From the human T2T-CHM13v2.0 reference genome, Homo sapiens: a stretch of DNA of 64,000 nt. A model generated the notes under the pieces. That model was not told the origin of the DNA, did not search any database, and saw only the letters and a program-made list of their open reading frames with translations. The stretch is from assembly GCF_009914755.1 (NCBI RefSeq), contig NC_060931.1, one strand, 5' to 3'. Made by a program: the position numbers and the translations under genes. This document shows positions 24,801 to 38,616 of this stretch, one piece after another (position 1 is the stretch's first letter; every line of letters begins with the position of its first letter).

Positions 24801-26894
24801 ATGGTTCTTAAAAAATAGTTTCAGGCAGTTAAATACAAGGTACTGAAAAAATTCCATTTGAGATGCTTTTTGGTCTCTGGGCCTTTATGATTTTTACTTA
24901 ATTACAAGCTAGACTGTATTTCATTATCCTTCAGCTGTTCTGCTTTCACATCGGCTTTGAGCTAGTCTAACAAGAGTCATGTCGGATGCTGTCTTCTGTG
25001 ACATTTCTTAGTGATCTGTTTTGGTGGTATTATTGTCAGTTTAAATAGCCTTGTGGTTATAAAACAAGAAAAATTGATTCTGTCCTAACTGTTTGATCTC
25101 TCCGTGTATCTGAGTAATCTTCTTGTCACATTTTCCTCCAAATTTACCTTTGCTTGCTTAATTCTTAAAAAAATTTTTTGACTTTCTCCTTGTCTACCCT
25201 TTCAAAACATTAGAAGTGACTTCCAGTGATAAAGCTCACTTAAAACAGACAAGATAAAAAGAAAAATTATAGAAACAAGTTTAAGAAGGTGAAACATACT
25301 TACATCATGCATATGAAATGAATTAGTTGCTGCAGTTGAAAACCGAATTTAATTTTCATCTTCTAGGCTGTGAAGTCAAAAGGAAAATGTAAGAGGCTGC
25401 CGAGTTCTCAGAGTGGGATGAATAGAATCATTCATGTTCATCTGGAGAGAAACAAGTTTTCCTGTGACTGAATATTAAGAGAAGTATATTAGAAGTCTCT
25501 TTTTCTAAAAGTTCATAAGGTAGCATAACACATAATATAGTGCTTTTTTGCAAAGAAAATGAAAAGTGTTACAAAAATATACCTTTCTCATGCCAGTCTT
25601 CCATAAATGCTAAGGTCATAACTGAATTTAGATTTTATGTAATGGTTTTGGGGGGAATGAAAATAATTTGATGGAGTATATTATTTTTTGATGCTCAGAA
25701 ACAAAATACAGTGAAAAGAGTTTGAGAGTCTTGTCTATATGTGTAATTTAATATTTTGCTTAGACTGAGCCTCCCTCTTGCATTAGATATACTTGAAGTG
25801 GGCTTTTTTGGCTAGTGCTAGATCTCCGTAAGTTTGAATTTTCAGATGAGTGTTAAAGTAATAAAATGTTCTGCCATTGGTTCAAAGAGGCTTAGAATAT
25901 TAGGGATGTTGGCAGGAATGTTGACATCCCACTGTGAAAAGCATTTTTCTCTTCTTAGTGGAACTCTCACTGTTGCAAACCTCTTCTGATTAGATAATGG
26001 AGGAGACCAGATTTTGAGAGCACATGACTTAGTCTTAAGCCCTCTAAAAAACAACGTAAATCTCAAGTATCTTTCCTAGCATTGCTAACGATGATTAAAG
26101 ATTATAGCTACAAGGTCATTAGGCATTAAACGATTTTGAGGCCCAGTGTTGTTTGTTTCTTTCCCAGACAGTGGAATAATTACTGATTAAAGCATGGAGT
26201 CTCAACTCTCAATGTGTTTGCAGATGGTCAGGGAATAAAACTCTGAACTATTATTTCAGCAGAAATAATGTTTTATATATATTCATTATGAATAAGAACA
26301 AAGCCTTAAAAATTTGGTTGATCTTTTGCCCCAAAATCACTTGGCAATGCTTGCTAAAAAACAGAAAATAATTCATGTAAATACTAAAATCTCTATTTTA
26401 AACAAAACTTCCAGGTGACTTATATACAGGAGTCTTTGTGGACACTTTGAGAAATAATGGATGAGAATGGTAACCTTATATTTAATGGATCGACTGGTCA
26501 TTTTGATTGTGTGGACACCCAGTTAAAGTGTAATGACTAAGGTCATCTCTAAAGACTGATTTTAATGATCTCCTTACAATTTTACTTGAAGGGAGTTATT
26601 CATGTTATTCTCCAGGCATGAAATGTAATGATCTGTTTTATTATTGTTAATTTATGCTCAAGCTTCCTTTTGCTCTTCTTTTTAACCAACATAACAATTA
26701 TACAGTCTAACTATTTGCCTCAGGGAGATGCTGTAATAGGACTAATTAAATATTTAATATTTTAAAGGACTTAAACAACCTTGTAAGTAATATGTTAAGA
26801 GGAGATAAAATCATGATGATCTCCTTAGTAGGAGGAATGTTAATGAAGCACTGGGGTCAGGCATTCCTTTAATGCCCATGTCTTGTATCTGCCA

Positions 26895-27090
26895 GAGGCT
26901 GAATGGTTTAATGGTTAAATACAAGACTGTTGTAACCTATGGCTGTTCTTCTACTTCCTAGTTGGAAAGCCTAGAACAAATTTTTTAACCTTCCTATGCC
27001 AATCTCATATTTCTCACCTTTAGAGTGAGGAGATAAGAATACCACCTACCTTTTTGGATTGTTGTGATGACATATGAGGTATGTGTCTAT
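26895..27090 (+). mobile_element. MIR
   Basis: GAGGATAAGAATACCACCTACC...GGATTGTTGTGATGA. Confidence 0.55.
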
Positions 27091-28145
27091 CGAAAGAAAG
27101 TGGTTTTTATTAATATGAATTAATACCATAACTATTGGTATTACAATATCAGTTCAATACAAGTATTGAATTCAAAACTTATAGATTCTTATTTTAAAAC
27201 TAGCAATAAAATGGATATGTACTTTTAGATCTAATCTCAAATTTAGAAAGAAGGAAGAGAAAAGGGAGGAAGAAAAGGAGTAGGAGAAAATATCTCTAAA
27301 ATCAACCCCAAACAGGGGCTAAAGATAAAGAGAAAGCGATCATTGTGCAGAAGATGAAGACTCATTGTAGGTATGTATAGTCAATGTAAAACTGACCTCA
27401 GTGATCTAGAAAAATAATAGAATCATCAAATGTCAGAGCACACAGATTATAAGGAAAATGCCTTTTTTTAGGTCAAAGGCTAGTGAATAAATCTGAATCA
27501 GCAGAAAGTTTTCATTATGACTTTTTAGAAAATGATATCTTGTTTTTTCAAAGCTCATACAGAAAAAGAACTAGACTAACAAAAATTTCAAAAAAGTTGT
27601 TCTTTTGAAATGAGGTCAGGATTAATTGAATATGCATTTTAAATACATTAACTGTCACATCTAAATATTTTTGAAAACTTGTTTTTCCTGTTTACTAGAT
27701 GGCTTTGAAGGTTTTCCCTTTACAACTAAAGATATTTTCTAAACTGCTTTCTAATTGAGTCTAAATGTAAAATTCATCCAGATGATTTTTCTTGATTTTA
27801 TGAATTCCAAATCTGGCGGGGGTTGCAAATAATGAGATTTTGTTGTACATTCCAAGTTCACCAGCCTTATAATGAACTTCATATTCTACGGGCAAAGGGG
27901 CAAGAGGAGCAGTGTTCCCAATTCCATTCATTCAACAAATATTTATGATTGTGATTGTGTACTAGGCCATTCATAAGAAGGAATGAACTTACATTTTCTT
28001 AGCTGTGCATTTTGTTGTCATTTTAATGCCCCATCAGCAAGTGTTCTTCATTAATTCTTAAGCATTTATTAACTATATCTTGGTGTTATAAGAAGTTATT
28101 AAAAATCAGGATGAGGTTACACTTTCCTTTCTTCTAGGACAGGTA

Positions 28146-28785
28146 CAGCTGACCTTCAATATTCATGGATTCAATTTTGATAATTTTCCTACTTGCTAAA
28201 ATTTATTTGTAACTCCCCTCCTCCAATCAATACTTGTGGTACTTTTGTAGTCATTCATAGACATGTACAGAATGGTGAAAATTTTGGTTGGCCCATTCAC
28301 ATGTTCCCAGCTGAGGCTTAAGCAAGTGATGTTCTGCCTTCTTGATTCAGCTTTCCTACTATAAACGTGTGTTTTCACTTGGTGTATTTAGTGTCATGTT
28401 TTTTGTGGTTTTTCTTTTGCTTTTCTTTGGTGATTTGGAATGATCCCCAAGCATAGACAACTGGAGTGCCGCCTAGTGTTCCTAAGTGCAAGAAGGCTGT
28501 GATGTGTCTTACGGAAGAAATACGTGTTAGATAAGCCTTGTTCAGACATGTTGGCCATGATTTCTATGTTAATAAGTCAACAATATGTATTTTAAAAGGT
28601 GTCCTTATACTGAAACACACATAAAACAACGTTATGTTTTGATTGGTTGACAAAAATGTTGTGACTAGAGGCTTGCAGGAATTGAACCATCAATTTCTCC
28701 TAAGAGTAATGGTTCAGCATTTGTGAATTCAGTGTTTGTAGTGACTTTATAGAACATAATTATCATGAATAACAAGAATCAATTG
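28146..28785. mobile_element. MER82 (TcMar-Tigger)
   Basis: TA-flanked CAGCTGACCTTC...GAATCAATTG; internal CCTAGTGTTCCTAAGTGCAAGAAGGCTGTGATGTG; about 640 bp. Confidence 0.8.
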
Positions 28786-29496
28786 TATTTGAAATTTGGG
28801 GAGATTTTAATAAATACTTATTCACTAAATTGTCCCTTTTAATGTAAACCAAGATGCATGATTTTTTTCTGACCTGTAAGCAACTAGTAAGTAAGTACAG
28901 AGGGGTGGAAAAATGAAAATTATATATAGGGCTAAACCATAATTTTTGTTTTTTTCTTTCCAAACTTAAAAAAATAAAACCTCCTGCTAAAAAACAATGT
29001 AATAAACCTGGAGGGGTTTGAAGTCTAGAAACAATTTGCAATGTGATGGAATCTTGTTTGTTAGTAGTGATTTGTCTGTCCTGTTTGCTACCTATGCCTA
29101 GCATAGTTTCTAACTTATATGGAGTTCTCAAGGTATTTTAAAAAATAAAAGTAAATTGCATTGAATCAGTCATAAGTTGACATTGAAATAGCCTTGAGAG
29201 TGAAAAGATTTAGCAATAAAAATAAAAGTTGGAGAAGTATAACGAATATTTTCCAGTTGGAGACTAGAGGTTGGAGACGAGAGGTCAGTCTACCTCACAG
29301 GTAGCTGGGAGAATCACCTCTGTCACTGGGCCTGGGCAATGACAACATCCGTATCTGCCAGCTGTACAGTGCTTGGGTTTACCATTAACTCTCTGTGTCA
29401 CCTGGGTCAGATCATTCTGCTTCTTTGGGTCTTGGCTTCTAATTATTTCCTTGATAACCACCATTATTATAAGGCAACAGAGAAAGCCATTTACGT

Positions 29497-29745
29497 TAGT
29501 CACCAGAGAAACAGAACCAATAGGATACATGTATATATGATATATATATACACACATATATATATCTCATATGTATATCTTATAAATATCTTATAAATAT
29601 CTTATATATATCTTATATATATCTCTTATATATATCTTATATATATCTCTTATATATATCATATATATATATCTTATTTTTTATTTTCCTCTGCCTTTTT
29701 GTTCTGTTCAGGCCCTCAACAGGTGGGATGATGCCCACCTGCATT
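29497..29745 (-). mobile_element. MLT2 LTR fragment with a (TA)n expansion
   Basis: CCAGAGAAACAGAACCAATAGGATA and GTTCTGTTCAGGCCCTCAACAG...GATGATGCCCACC. Confidence 0.75.
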
Positions 29746-29749
29746 TATA

Positions 29750-30050
29750 AAATTTTACAAATTTATGAGACTTGAGAATATATGTAAATATGAATTCTGA
29801 GTGCCTAGACTGGGGAGAGGAAGGGGAAACACAATTTAAATAGAGCTGAATTTATTTCTATGAATTACGTGTACTGTCTTAAGCAGCTGGAAGTGGTCTA
29901 ACCTGTCTGCTGGTTGGCCGATTGAAACCTATGTGGCCTACATTGAATGAAGTTGATGGCCAAAATTTCTTGCCAAAATGTAAAGAAAAGAGTCCAAAGA
30001 CTTGGGAGAATAGGAATGTTGGAGTGGATTGATCACCGGCAACTGCTTAT
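29750..30050 (+). mobile_element. Ancient ERVL internal (gag) fragment
   Basis: AATGTAAAGAAAAGAGTCCAAAGACTTGGGAGAATAGGAATGTTGGAGTGGATT resembles the HERV-L gag segment at about 41200-41256 in this window. Confidence 0.7.
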
Positions 30051-30233
30051 CTCCCATGCTATGACCGCCAAATAGCCAGTAATTTACCATTAATGTAATA
30101 GCAACTTTTGGAATAACAAGGAAAAAAGAAAGAAAAAGAAAGGAAGAAACGCTACAATAGACCTATTTTTTTTCCTTCAGTGCATTTCATCCAGAGTTTA
30201 TATCTAGGTCACACAATCAATAACCTAAAGATT

Positions 30234-30316
30234 TTTTTGAGGGGGGATTTACTTTTGACCAGTACTGGAGTATTGGGCATGACTACAGCTAGTCAAAAGT
30301 AATTCCTCTCCAAAAA
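30234..30316 (+). other. Imperfect inverted repeat / stem-loop
   Basis: TTACTTTTGAC (30249-30259) pairs with GTCAAAAGTAA (30292-30302); stem extends to about 29 pairs with G-U. Confidence 0.75.
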
Positions 30317-30904
30317 GCCACAACTCTGTGATATCAGTTTTTGGGATTATGACTTTTAAAGCACCTCTACTATTGCAATAAGGCATATCAAAAAGCACTT
30401 GGGCTTTCTTGGCATTGCCATTTAGTTAACTTGTGGTTTCATTTTTTCCTTAATGGAACTGTGTCTTCTTGGACAGTAAACATCCCTTGAAAGTCAGTTG
30501 GAAGCTTTTGCTTAAATAGATGTTCAATGCTTTGTGACAGGCTTTCACCACATATAAAGTAGACATACCAACAACTCCTAGCTTTAGAATAATTTTCACA
30601 CAATCACTTTCTTCCCTCAAGCTTTATAGTGGTGTAATATTTTTGAAATCATTTTTAGGAAGTACACAGGATGCAATCTTTGGAAAAAATTCGGTGGTAC
30701 AACAAATAACCCCAACAAACAAATGAACACGTCAATTGAAGTGACAGTTGGATCAACAGATACTGTAAATGCCTGGCAGTGACAGTTATTCTTCTGCATG
30801 GATGCATTCACTTTTTTAAAAGTGTTAAAATAAAAAAAATTATTCCAGATTTCAGAAATCATAAATGTACCTCCTATGATTAAAGAAATAGTTGACATAG
30901 AATA

Positions 30905-31090
30905 TATTATCATCTTATTTAACCTTCATAAAAGACCTACGATATGGTATCACTATATCCCCCCTTTTAAAATGAGACTAGGAAGTGAGTCTTAGTCTGA
31001 AAGAGATGAAATAACTTTCTCATGGTCAAAAGCTAATATGTGATGGGGCTGAGTTTCTACCTAACGCCCAAGCTTGCAGCCACTCTAGTA
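30905..31090 (-). mobile_element. MIR
   Basis: ATCTTATTTAACCTTCATAA...ATCCCCCCTTTTAAAATGAG...AATAACTTTCTCATGGTCA. Confidence 0.6.
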
Positions 31091-33150
31091 TACTTAGCTA
31101 CAAGCTAAAGAAGTGGAATTGGTGATCTTTTCCTGCTCAGAAGTTCTGTTTTTTCATTTTATATATACCTTTGTTATAGTTTATATATGTACACATATTA
31201 TAACATTTCTTTATCCACTCTGTAATTCTCTTTTATGTTTTTTTTTAAATTATACTTTAAGTTCTAGGGTACATGTGCATAACGTGCAGATTTGTTACAT
31301 ATGTGCCATGATTTGGTATATATATGCCATGTTGGTTTGCTGCACCCATCAACTCATCATTTACATTATATATTTCTCCTAATGCTATCCCTCCCTCAGC
31401 CACTCACCCACCAACAGTGTGTGATGTTCCTCACCTTGTGTCTATGTGTTCTCGTTGTTCAACTCCCACCTATGAGAGAGAACATGCGGTGTTTGGTTTT
31501 CTGTCCTTGTGATAGTTTGCTTAGAATGATGGTTTCCAGCTTCATCCATGTCCCTGCAAAGGTCATGAACTCATCCTTTTTTATGGCTGCATAGTATTCC
31601 ATGGTGTATATGTGCCACATTTTCTTAATCCAGTCTATCATTGATGGACATTTGGGTTCGTTCCAAGTCTTTACTATTGTGAATAGTGCTGCAATAAACA
31701 TATGTGTGCATGTATCTTTATAGTAGCATGATTTATAAACCTTTGGGTATATACCCAGTAATGGGATCGCTGGGTCAAATGGTATTTCTAGTTCTAGATC
31801 CTTGAGGAATGGCCACACTGCCTTCTAAAATGGAACTAATTTACACTCCCACCAACAGTGTAAAAGTGTTCCTATTTCTCCACATCCTCTCCAGCATCTG
31901 ATGTTTCCTGACTTTTTAGCGATCACCATTCTAACTGGCATGAGATAGTATCTCATTGTGGTTTTGATTTGCATTTCTCTGATGACCAGTGATGATGAGC
32001 ATTTTTTCATGTCTGTTGGCTGCATAAATGTCTTCTTTTGAGAAGTGTCTGTTCATATCCTTTGCCCACTTTTTGATGGGGTTGTTTTTTTTTTTCTTGT
32101 AAATTGGTTTAAGTTCTTTGCAGATTCTGGATATTAGCTCTTTGTCAGATGGGTAAATTGCAAAGATTTTCTCCCTTTCTGAAGGTTGCCTGTTCACTCT
32201 AATGATAGTTTCTTTTGCTGTGCAGAAGCTCTTTAGTTTAATTAGATCCCATTTTTGTCAATTTTGGTTTTTGTTGCCATTGCTTTTGGTGTTTTAGTCA
32301 TGAAGTCTTTGTGCGTGCCTGTGTCCTGAATGGTATTGCCTAGGTTTTCTTCTAGGGTTTTTATGGTGTTAGGTCTTACATTTAAGTCTTTAATCCATCT
32401 TGAATTAATTTTTGTATAAGGTATAAGGAAGGGATCCAGTTTCAGCTTTCTACATATGGCTAGCCAGTTTTCCCAGCACCGTTTATTAAATAGGGAATCC
32501 TTTCCCCATTGCTTGTTTTTGTCAGGTTTGTCAAATATCAGATGGTTGTAGATGTGTGGCATTATTTCTGAGGCCTCTGTTCTGTTCCATTGGTCTATAT
32601 CTCTGTTTTGGTACCAGTACCATGCTGTTTGGTTACCGTAGCCTTATAGTACAGAGTGTAGTCAGGTAGCATGATGCCTCCAGCTTTGTTCTTTTTGCTT
32701 AGGATTGTTTTGGCTATGCGGGCTCTTTTTTGGTTCCATATGAACATTAAAGTAGTTTTTTCCAATTCTGTGAAGACAGTCATTGGTAGCTTGATGGGGT
32801 TGGCATTGAATCTATAAATTACCTTGGACAGTATGGCCATTTTCACGATATTGATTCTTCCTATCCATGAGCATGGAATGTTCTTCCGTTTGTGTTCTCT
32901 TTTATTTTGTTGAGCAGTGGTTTGTAGTTCTTCTTGAAGAAATCCTTCACATCCCTTGTAAGTTGGATTCCTAGGTATTTTATTCTCTTTGTAGTAATTG
33001 TGAATGGGAGTTCACTCATGATTTGGCTGTCTGTCTATTATTGGTGTATAGGAATGCTTGTGATTTTTACACATTGATTTTGTATCCTGAGACTTTGCTG
33101 TAGTTGCTTATATGCTTAAGGAGATTTTGGGCTGAGACCATGGGGTTTTC

Positions 33151-33468
<318 letters not shown>

Positions 33469-34058
33469 TTCTTTGTGGTTTTATCTACCTTTGGTCTTTG
33501 ATGTTGGTGACCTACAGATGGGGTTTTGGTGTGGATGTCCTTTTTGTTGACGTTCATGCTATTCCTTTCTGTTTGTTAGTTTTCCTAACAGTCAGACCCC
33601 TCAGCTATAGGTCTGTTGGAGTTTGCTGGAGGTCCACTCCAGACCCTGTTTGCCTGGGTATCACCAGTGGAGGCTGCAGAACAGCAAATATTGCTGCCTG
33701 ATCCTTCCTCTGGAGGCTTTGTCCCAGAGGAGCACCCACCTGTTTGAGGTGTCTGTCAGCCCCTACTGGGAGGTTTCTCCCAGTCAGGCTACATGGGGGT
33801 CAGGGACCCGCTTGAGGAGGCAGTCTGTCCATTCTCGGAGCTCAAACGCCCTGCTGAGAGAACCACTGCTCTCTTCAGAGCTGTTAGACAGGGACGTTTA
33901 AGTCTGCTGAAGCTGTCTGTTGCCTTTTGTTCTACTATGCCCTGCCCACAGAGGTGGAATCTATAGAGGCAGTAGGCCTTGCTGAGATATGGTGGGCTCT
34001 GTCCAGTTGGTGCTTCCTGGCCTCTTTGTTTACACTGTGAGCTACTCAAGCCTCAGCA

Positions 34059-34355
34059 ATGGTGGATGCCCCTCCCCCTGCCAAACTCCAGGGTCCCAGG
34101 TTGATCTCACACTGCTGTGCTAGCAGTGAGCAAGGCTCCATGGGTGTGGGACCCGCCGAGCCAGGCATGGGAGGGTATCTCCTGGTCTGCGAGTTGCGTA
34201 GACTGTGGGAAAAGTGCAGTATTTTGTCAGGAGTGTACTGTTTTGCTAGGTACAGTCTGTCATGGCTTCCCTTTGCTAGGAAAGGGAAATCCCCTGACCC
34301 CTTGTGCTTCCCGGGTGAGACAACACCCTGCCCTGCTTTGGTTTGCCCTCTGTAG
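34059..34355 (+). CDS. ORF0: L1 antisense ORF0-like reading frame (98 aa); expression unknown
   Basis: MVDAPPPAKLQGPRLISHCCASSEQGSMGVGPAEPG resembles L1HS ORF0 (MAGAPPPASLPPCSLISDCCASNQRDSVGVGPSEPG); Kozak GCAATGG. Confidence 0.55.
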   Translation: MVDAPPPAKLQGPRLISHCCASSEQGSMGVGPAEPGMGGYLLVCELRRLWEKCSILSGVYCFARYSLSWLPFARKGKSPDPLCFPGETTPCPALVCPL

Positions 34356-34578
34356 GCTGCAGCCACTGTCCAACCAGTCCCAGTGAGATGAACCAGGTAC
34401 CTCAGTTGGAAATGCAGAAATCACCTGTCTTCTGTGTTGATCTCGCTGGGAGCTGCAGACTGGAGCTGTCCCTATTCGGCCATCTTGGAAGCAACCCCCC
34501 TGTTTTTCTTAATCTTATTAAAAAACAGAAAAAGCCTGTTAGTTGTAGGGAACATAAGACTACAACTAAGTTTGGAGA

Positions 34579-34720
34579 CATATATATATATATATAGATA
34601 TAATATTATGTATATATAATGTAATATATAATATGTTTAGATAGAATTTTTGTTATTTATATATACTATATATACATATATACTTATATATAGACATATG
34701 TATATACTAATATATATATA
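34579..34720. repeat. (TA)n-rich low-complexity tract
   Basis: Visible TA repeats. Confidence 0.85.
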
Positions 34721-34885
34721 CTGGGAAATGTTGAGAGAATATTATTCTCAAATATATCCAACTGATTTTGAGAATAATAGTCTCTTAGCATTCCCTGGTA
34801 TGATATTTTATTATAAATTTGTTAAACATTGAAGAAAGACTAACTGAATGTTCAAAACTTCAGCATAGTGATGGAACTGCCCACT

Positions 34886-35367
34886 TGTGGCACAAACGGT
34901 GGTTTGACTGCCAGCATCTGTTCCAGTCTCTCTGTAGTGTGCCTTCCTGTACTGCAGAGGCTGGAAGGCTAAATATTTCATTTCCCAGAAAACCTTGCAT
35001 CTGGAGATTCCCATGTGGTTTAGTTTCTGCCAATCAGGAGCACCTGCAGGAGACTTAAATTTGGAAATATAACATCCACTTGCTAGTATTAGGTGGGGTG
35101 GGCTCGGGAGGCTGTGGTCCTGGTGGCAGCTTTCTGTCCCTGGGTTATGGCTATTGTGGTGTGATCCTTGGCACAACTTCTTGGTTACAGCAGTGGTAAG
35201 ATGTTCCTTAGCAGGGCAGTTCTGTGGCTGTGTTTTGGAAGTCATTCCTGCTCCTCAGGCCCTTCCAACAATTTTTTAAGAACCTAACTCCTAGCACTAA
35301 ATCCATTCCTAGATAAAGTGGTGCTAGAAATGTTTCTGTTATTCACAGTTGAGTACTGACTGATTCA
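34886..35367 (+). mobile_element. LTR33-like ERVL LTR
   Basis: CATTTCCCAGAAAACCTTGCATCTGG...TCTGCCAATCAG...CTGACTGATTCA. Confidence 0.6.
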
Positions 35368-36608
35368 ATTCCTCCCACCTCTGACTTTTAGCATGTTTTC
35401 TTTAGCCTTATAAATTTTAAGATTTGGGGTGATTTTGGAGTAAATAGTCATTTTTTCTCAAATAGGAGTCATACACTAAAATAACAGAAATTTCTCTTTT
35501 TTCTGGATCTACTCAAGATAGGAACAAATTACCTTCCCTCTGAAGCACATAACATGAACAAAATTCCAGAATATTGAAGGCCTTGGAGTTGAATTTTATA
35601 AATACCTTTTCTTTTCTTTTTCCTTTACCTTAAACCTGTTATTTGTGTGTTTGTAAGGGACAATTTATCTAAAATGTAAAGGATTAGCACTTGTGGCTGG
35701 AAATAAACTAATTTCCTAAGACCTGCTATAGGTTAATAAAGATAAACGGAAGACTTTCATTCTTCATTAAGTTATCTACATTAACTTACTGAGGAGGTAG
35801 AGTAAAATATTTTAACTGCCTTAACGAGCTTAGAAATTGTTGTGTGGCCACTTGAAGTAACTTAGAAAAATATTATTTAGCATATTATTATGGAATTTTG
35901 ACAGGTTAGTAACTATCAAACATAAAGAAATGTTTACATTGTTAATAATTCTACATGTACAAAACTATTTACATCTATTCTTTTTTAAAAAAATTTTGAA
36001 TGACTGAACTCAAATATGCAGAATAACCATGAGAGACCTAACTATTATGATGACATTTAGTATTGCATTATTGTTAGACTCAGACATTTTTATTTTCTTA
36101 AAGCCAAAAATAAAAAATTCTATCTAAATATTAAGGATTTTAACATCAAATCAATTGAAAATTGGCCTCCAGCTCCATTATTACAATTCAATACAGATTG
36201 TTTAAAAAACATTAGCATTCCCTTTAAATATGGCACTGTTTACTTTAAGGAATAAGTATTTGCAGGCTTATTGTGACTTCCCCATAAGTGCTTTCCTTGC
36301 AGCACCTAAGACATTGCTTTATACAGACTAAAAACTGAGTTGTCTTAAAAGATATATTAAATAATGAGCTGATTATGGATGACAGCTTATAAGCAGTTCA
36401 ATTTTAGTTTTTCAGTTGTAAATTTTCTTTTCAAATCTCTAAGATTGCTTTATATACAGAGGTAGGTAATCAAAGGTAAGAAATCTTTATAACCTGCAGG
36501 GTAATGTGAGTCATGCAGATGCCTCACTTCTTCCTTCTGTGTTGTCCTCGATGATCAGGAGTTTTCTATTTTGTATATGAATGTTTCTATGAATGTTTCT
36601 ATGCTGTA

Positions 36609-36834
36609 CTCTTGGGCTGAAGTGATCCTCCCGCCTCAGCATCTCAGCATCCTGAGTAGCTGGGATGAGAGGTGTATGCTAACACGCCCGGTTAAACTTT
36701 GTTTGTTTTATTTTTTGCAGGAATGAGGTCTTGCTATGTTGTCCAGGTTAGTGTAGAACTCCTGGCCTCAAGTGATCCTCCTGTCTCAGGCTTCCAAGGT
36801 GCTGAGATTACAGGCATGGGCCACTGTGCCCTGC
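36609..36834 (-). mobile_element. AluJ lacking its 3' end and tail
   Basis: GGGCTGAAGTGATCCTCCCGCCTCAGC...GAACTCCTGGCCTCAAGTGATCCTCC. Confidence 0.85.
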
Positions 36835-36909
36835 AAGATACTTAATATTAACTCACACACATTATGTTGTTTAAACATGGCTTATATGCTATGCTACATG
36901 AAACATTTA

Positions 36910-37430
36910 ATCAAGCTCAAGTATTCCTCTATTATCAAATATGTGAATGGGTCCAATTTTTTTCCTGCTATGAATAGTGGTGAAAAGTCTTAATTTTGGG
37001 GTTAATTTTTGTTAATTTTCCTCAAAGTGAAATTAACAAGTCAGTGGGCATGAACCATTTTATTCATTATTCTTTTATCAATTATTATTTATTTCTTAAT
37101 TTATGTCAGAAATCGTGTTCACTGCTGGGCATATGGTGGTGATTACTGAAAAATAAAAAAAAGGTTTTTGCCCTTAATTTTGTAGGTCTGGTCACACATG
37201 CCAGGTTGCTCTCCAGAGAGTGAACAATTTACAAAACACTCAACTATTCTCATTCCCTCCAACTTTACCAGCATTGGTTATAAAATTTTATTTCCTTTTT
37301 TCTAGTTTAATAACTATGTCATGGCACCTGAAAATTATTTTGATTAGCAATTGTTTAGTTGCAAGTAAAGTGTGCATTTCTTCAAAAATCATCAATTTAT
37401 TCATCTTTTCTCTTTTGTTTTAATAGGATA
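36910..37430 (-). mobile_element. Old L1M fragments
   Basis: TGCCAGGTTGCTCTCCAGAG...TTTACCAGCATTGG...TTTTGATTAGCAATT. Confidence 0.5.
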
Positions 37431-38616
37431 ATTGGTAAATTATTTTCCCTTTTATTAAATAGGAATTTTTCTTTTTTCTCTAGTTTCTTAGAATTCTACT
37501 TTGAGTTTTAAATAGACAGTAATCAGACATAGTAGAAGAATAAAGTTTGACAATTCTAATAAATACCCTTCTTGGAATAGGAAATAGAATGAATTTAAAG
37601 ACGTTAAAGCAATCATAATAAAGTTGGCTTAAATGATTAAAAATCTCCATGAGCACAGATAGCATTTTTGCTTATCCATGAATATATAACACTGATTTTT
37701 CAACAAACATAGCTAGAAGAAATAGAGCATAATAAGGTAATTAATGAGTCCTTTAGGAAACAAAGCTACATTAAACACATTTTTATTTACTTAAGAAAAA
37801 AAAACAACAAAAAAAAGAAAAAACCTCAAAGCAAAAGTGATCTTTATCAAATCATCATTGAATAGACTTCTTCTTCAGGAGCTTACAGAGACATTTTGAA
37901 TTTAAAAAACCTCTTGGTCTGACAGTAACTTAAGCAGGTATCCTGATTCATTAACAACAATGTCACAGCTGCAGCACTAACATAGCCACCAAGCAACTTT
38001 AGATTGTTGGTTCAGCTGAGACAGCTCAGCTTGTAAATCAGATCTACCCTGGCTGGCTTTGATTGAGTCAGCGCCTCTCCTTCCTAGAGCTTCAAAGGCT
38101 TTCCTAGGAGTCTTTCCTATCAGTCATGGGCCCTTTGGCTTCCTCTCTCAGGAACTCTCCTCTGGTAGGTTTTGTTTTGTATTCTAAGGGAAAAGATTGA
38201 ATATGGAAATTCTTTGGAGGGTGGGGGGTGCAAAACACCACACAAAAATAAGCAACAACAAAACTCACAAAACTTGGCCCGTAACAGAAGTTCTTTTTTT
38301 TTTTTAATTTTGGAAACCTGCAAAATGGCATTTGAGTTATTTCTTTTCTCCCTCAAGAGTTTCTTTTTCTGCTAACTTGTAGATTTCCTCACCCAATCTC
38401 TCTCTCTCCAGGGCCCAAACACATACACAGACACACAGACACACACACACACCCCCACAGTTGATGTGTTGATGTGATGGTACTGAAACTGATACAATCT
38501 TTAAAAATAAATTCCTAGAACTTAATGAAATTACTGTTATTTGAACATTGGTTAATCCAAGATAAAGTCAAAAATCTATCTTCCTTCAATAGGAAACTTC
38601 ATAAATGTATAAATTC

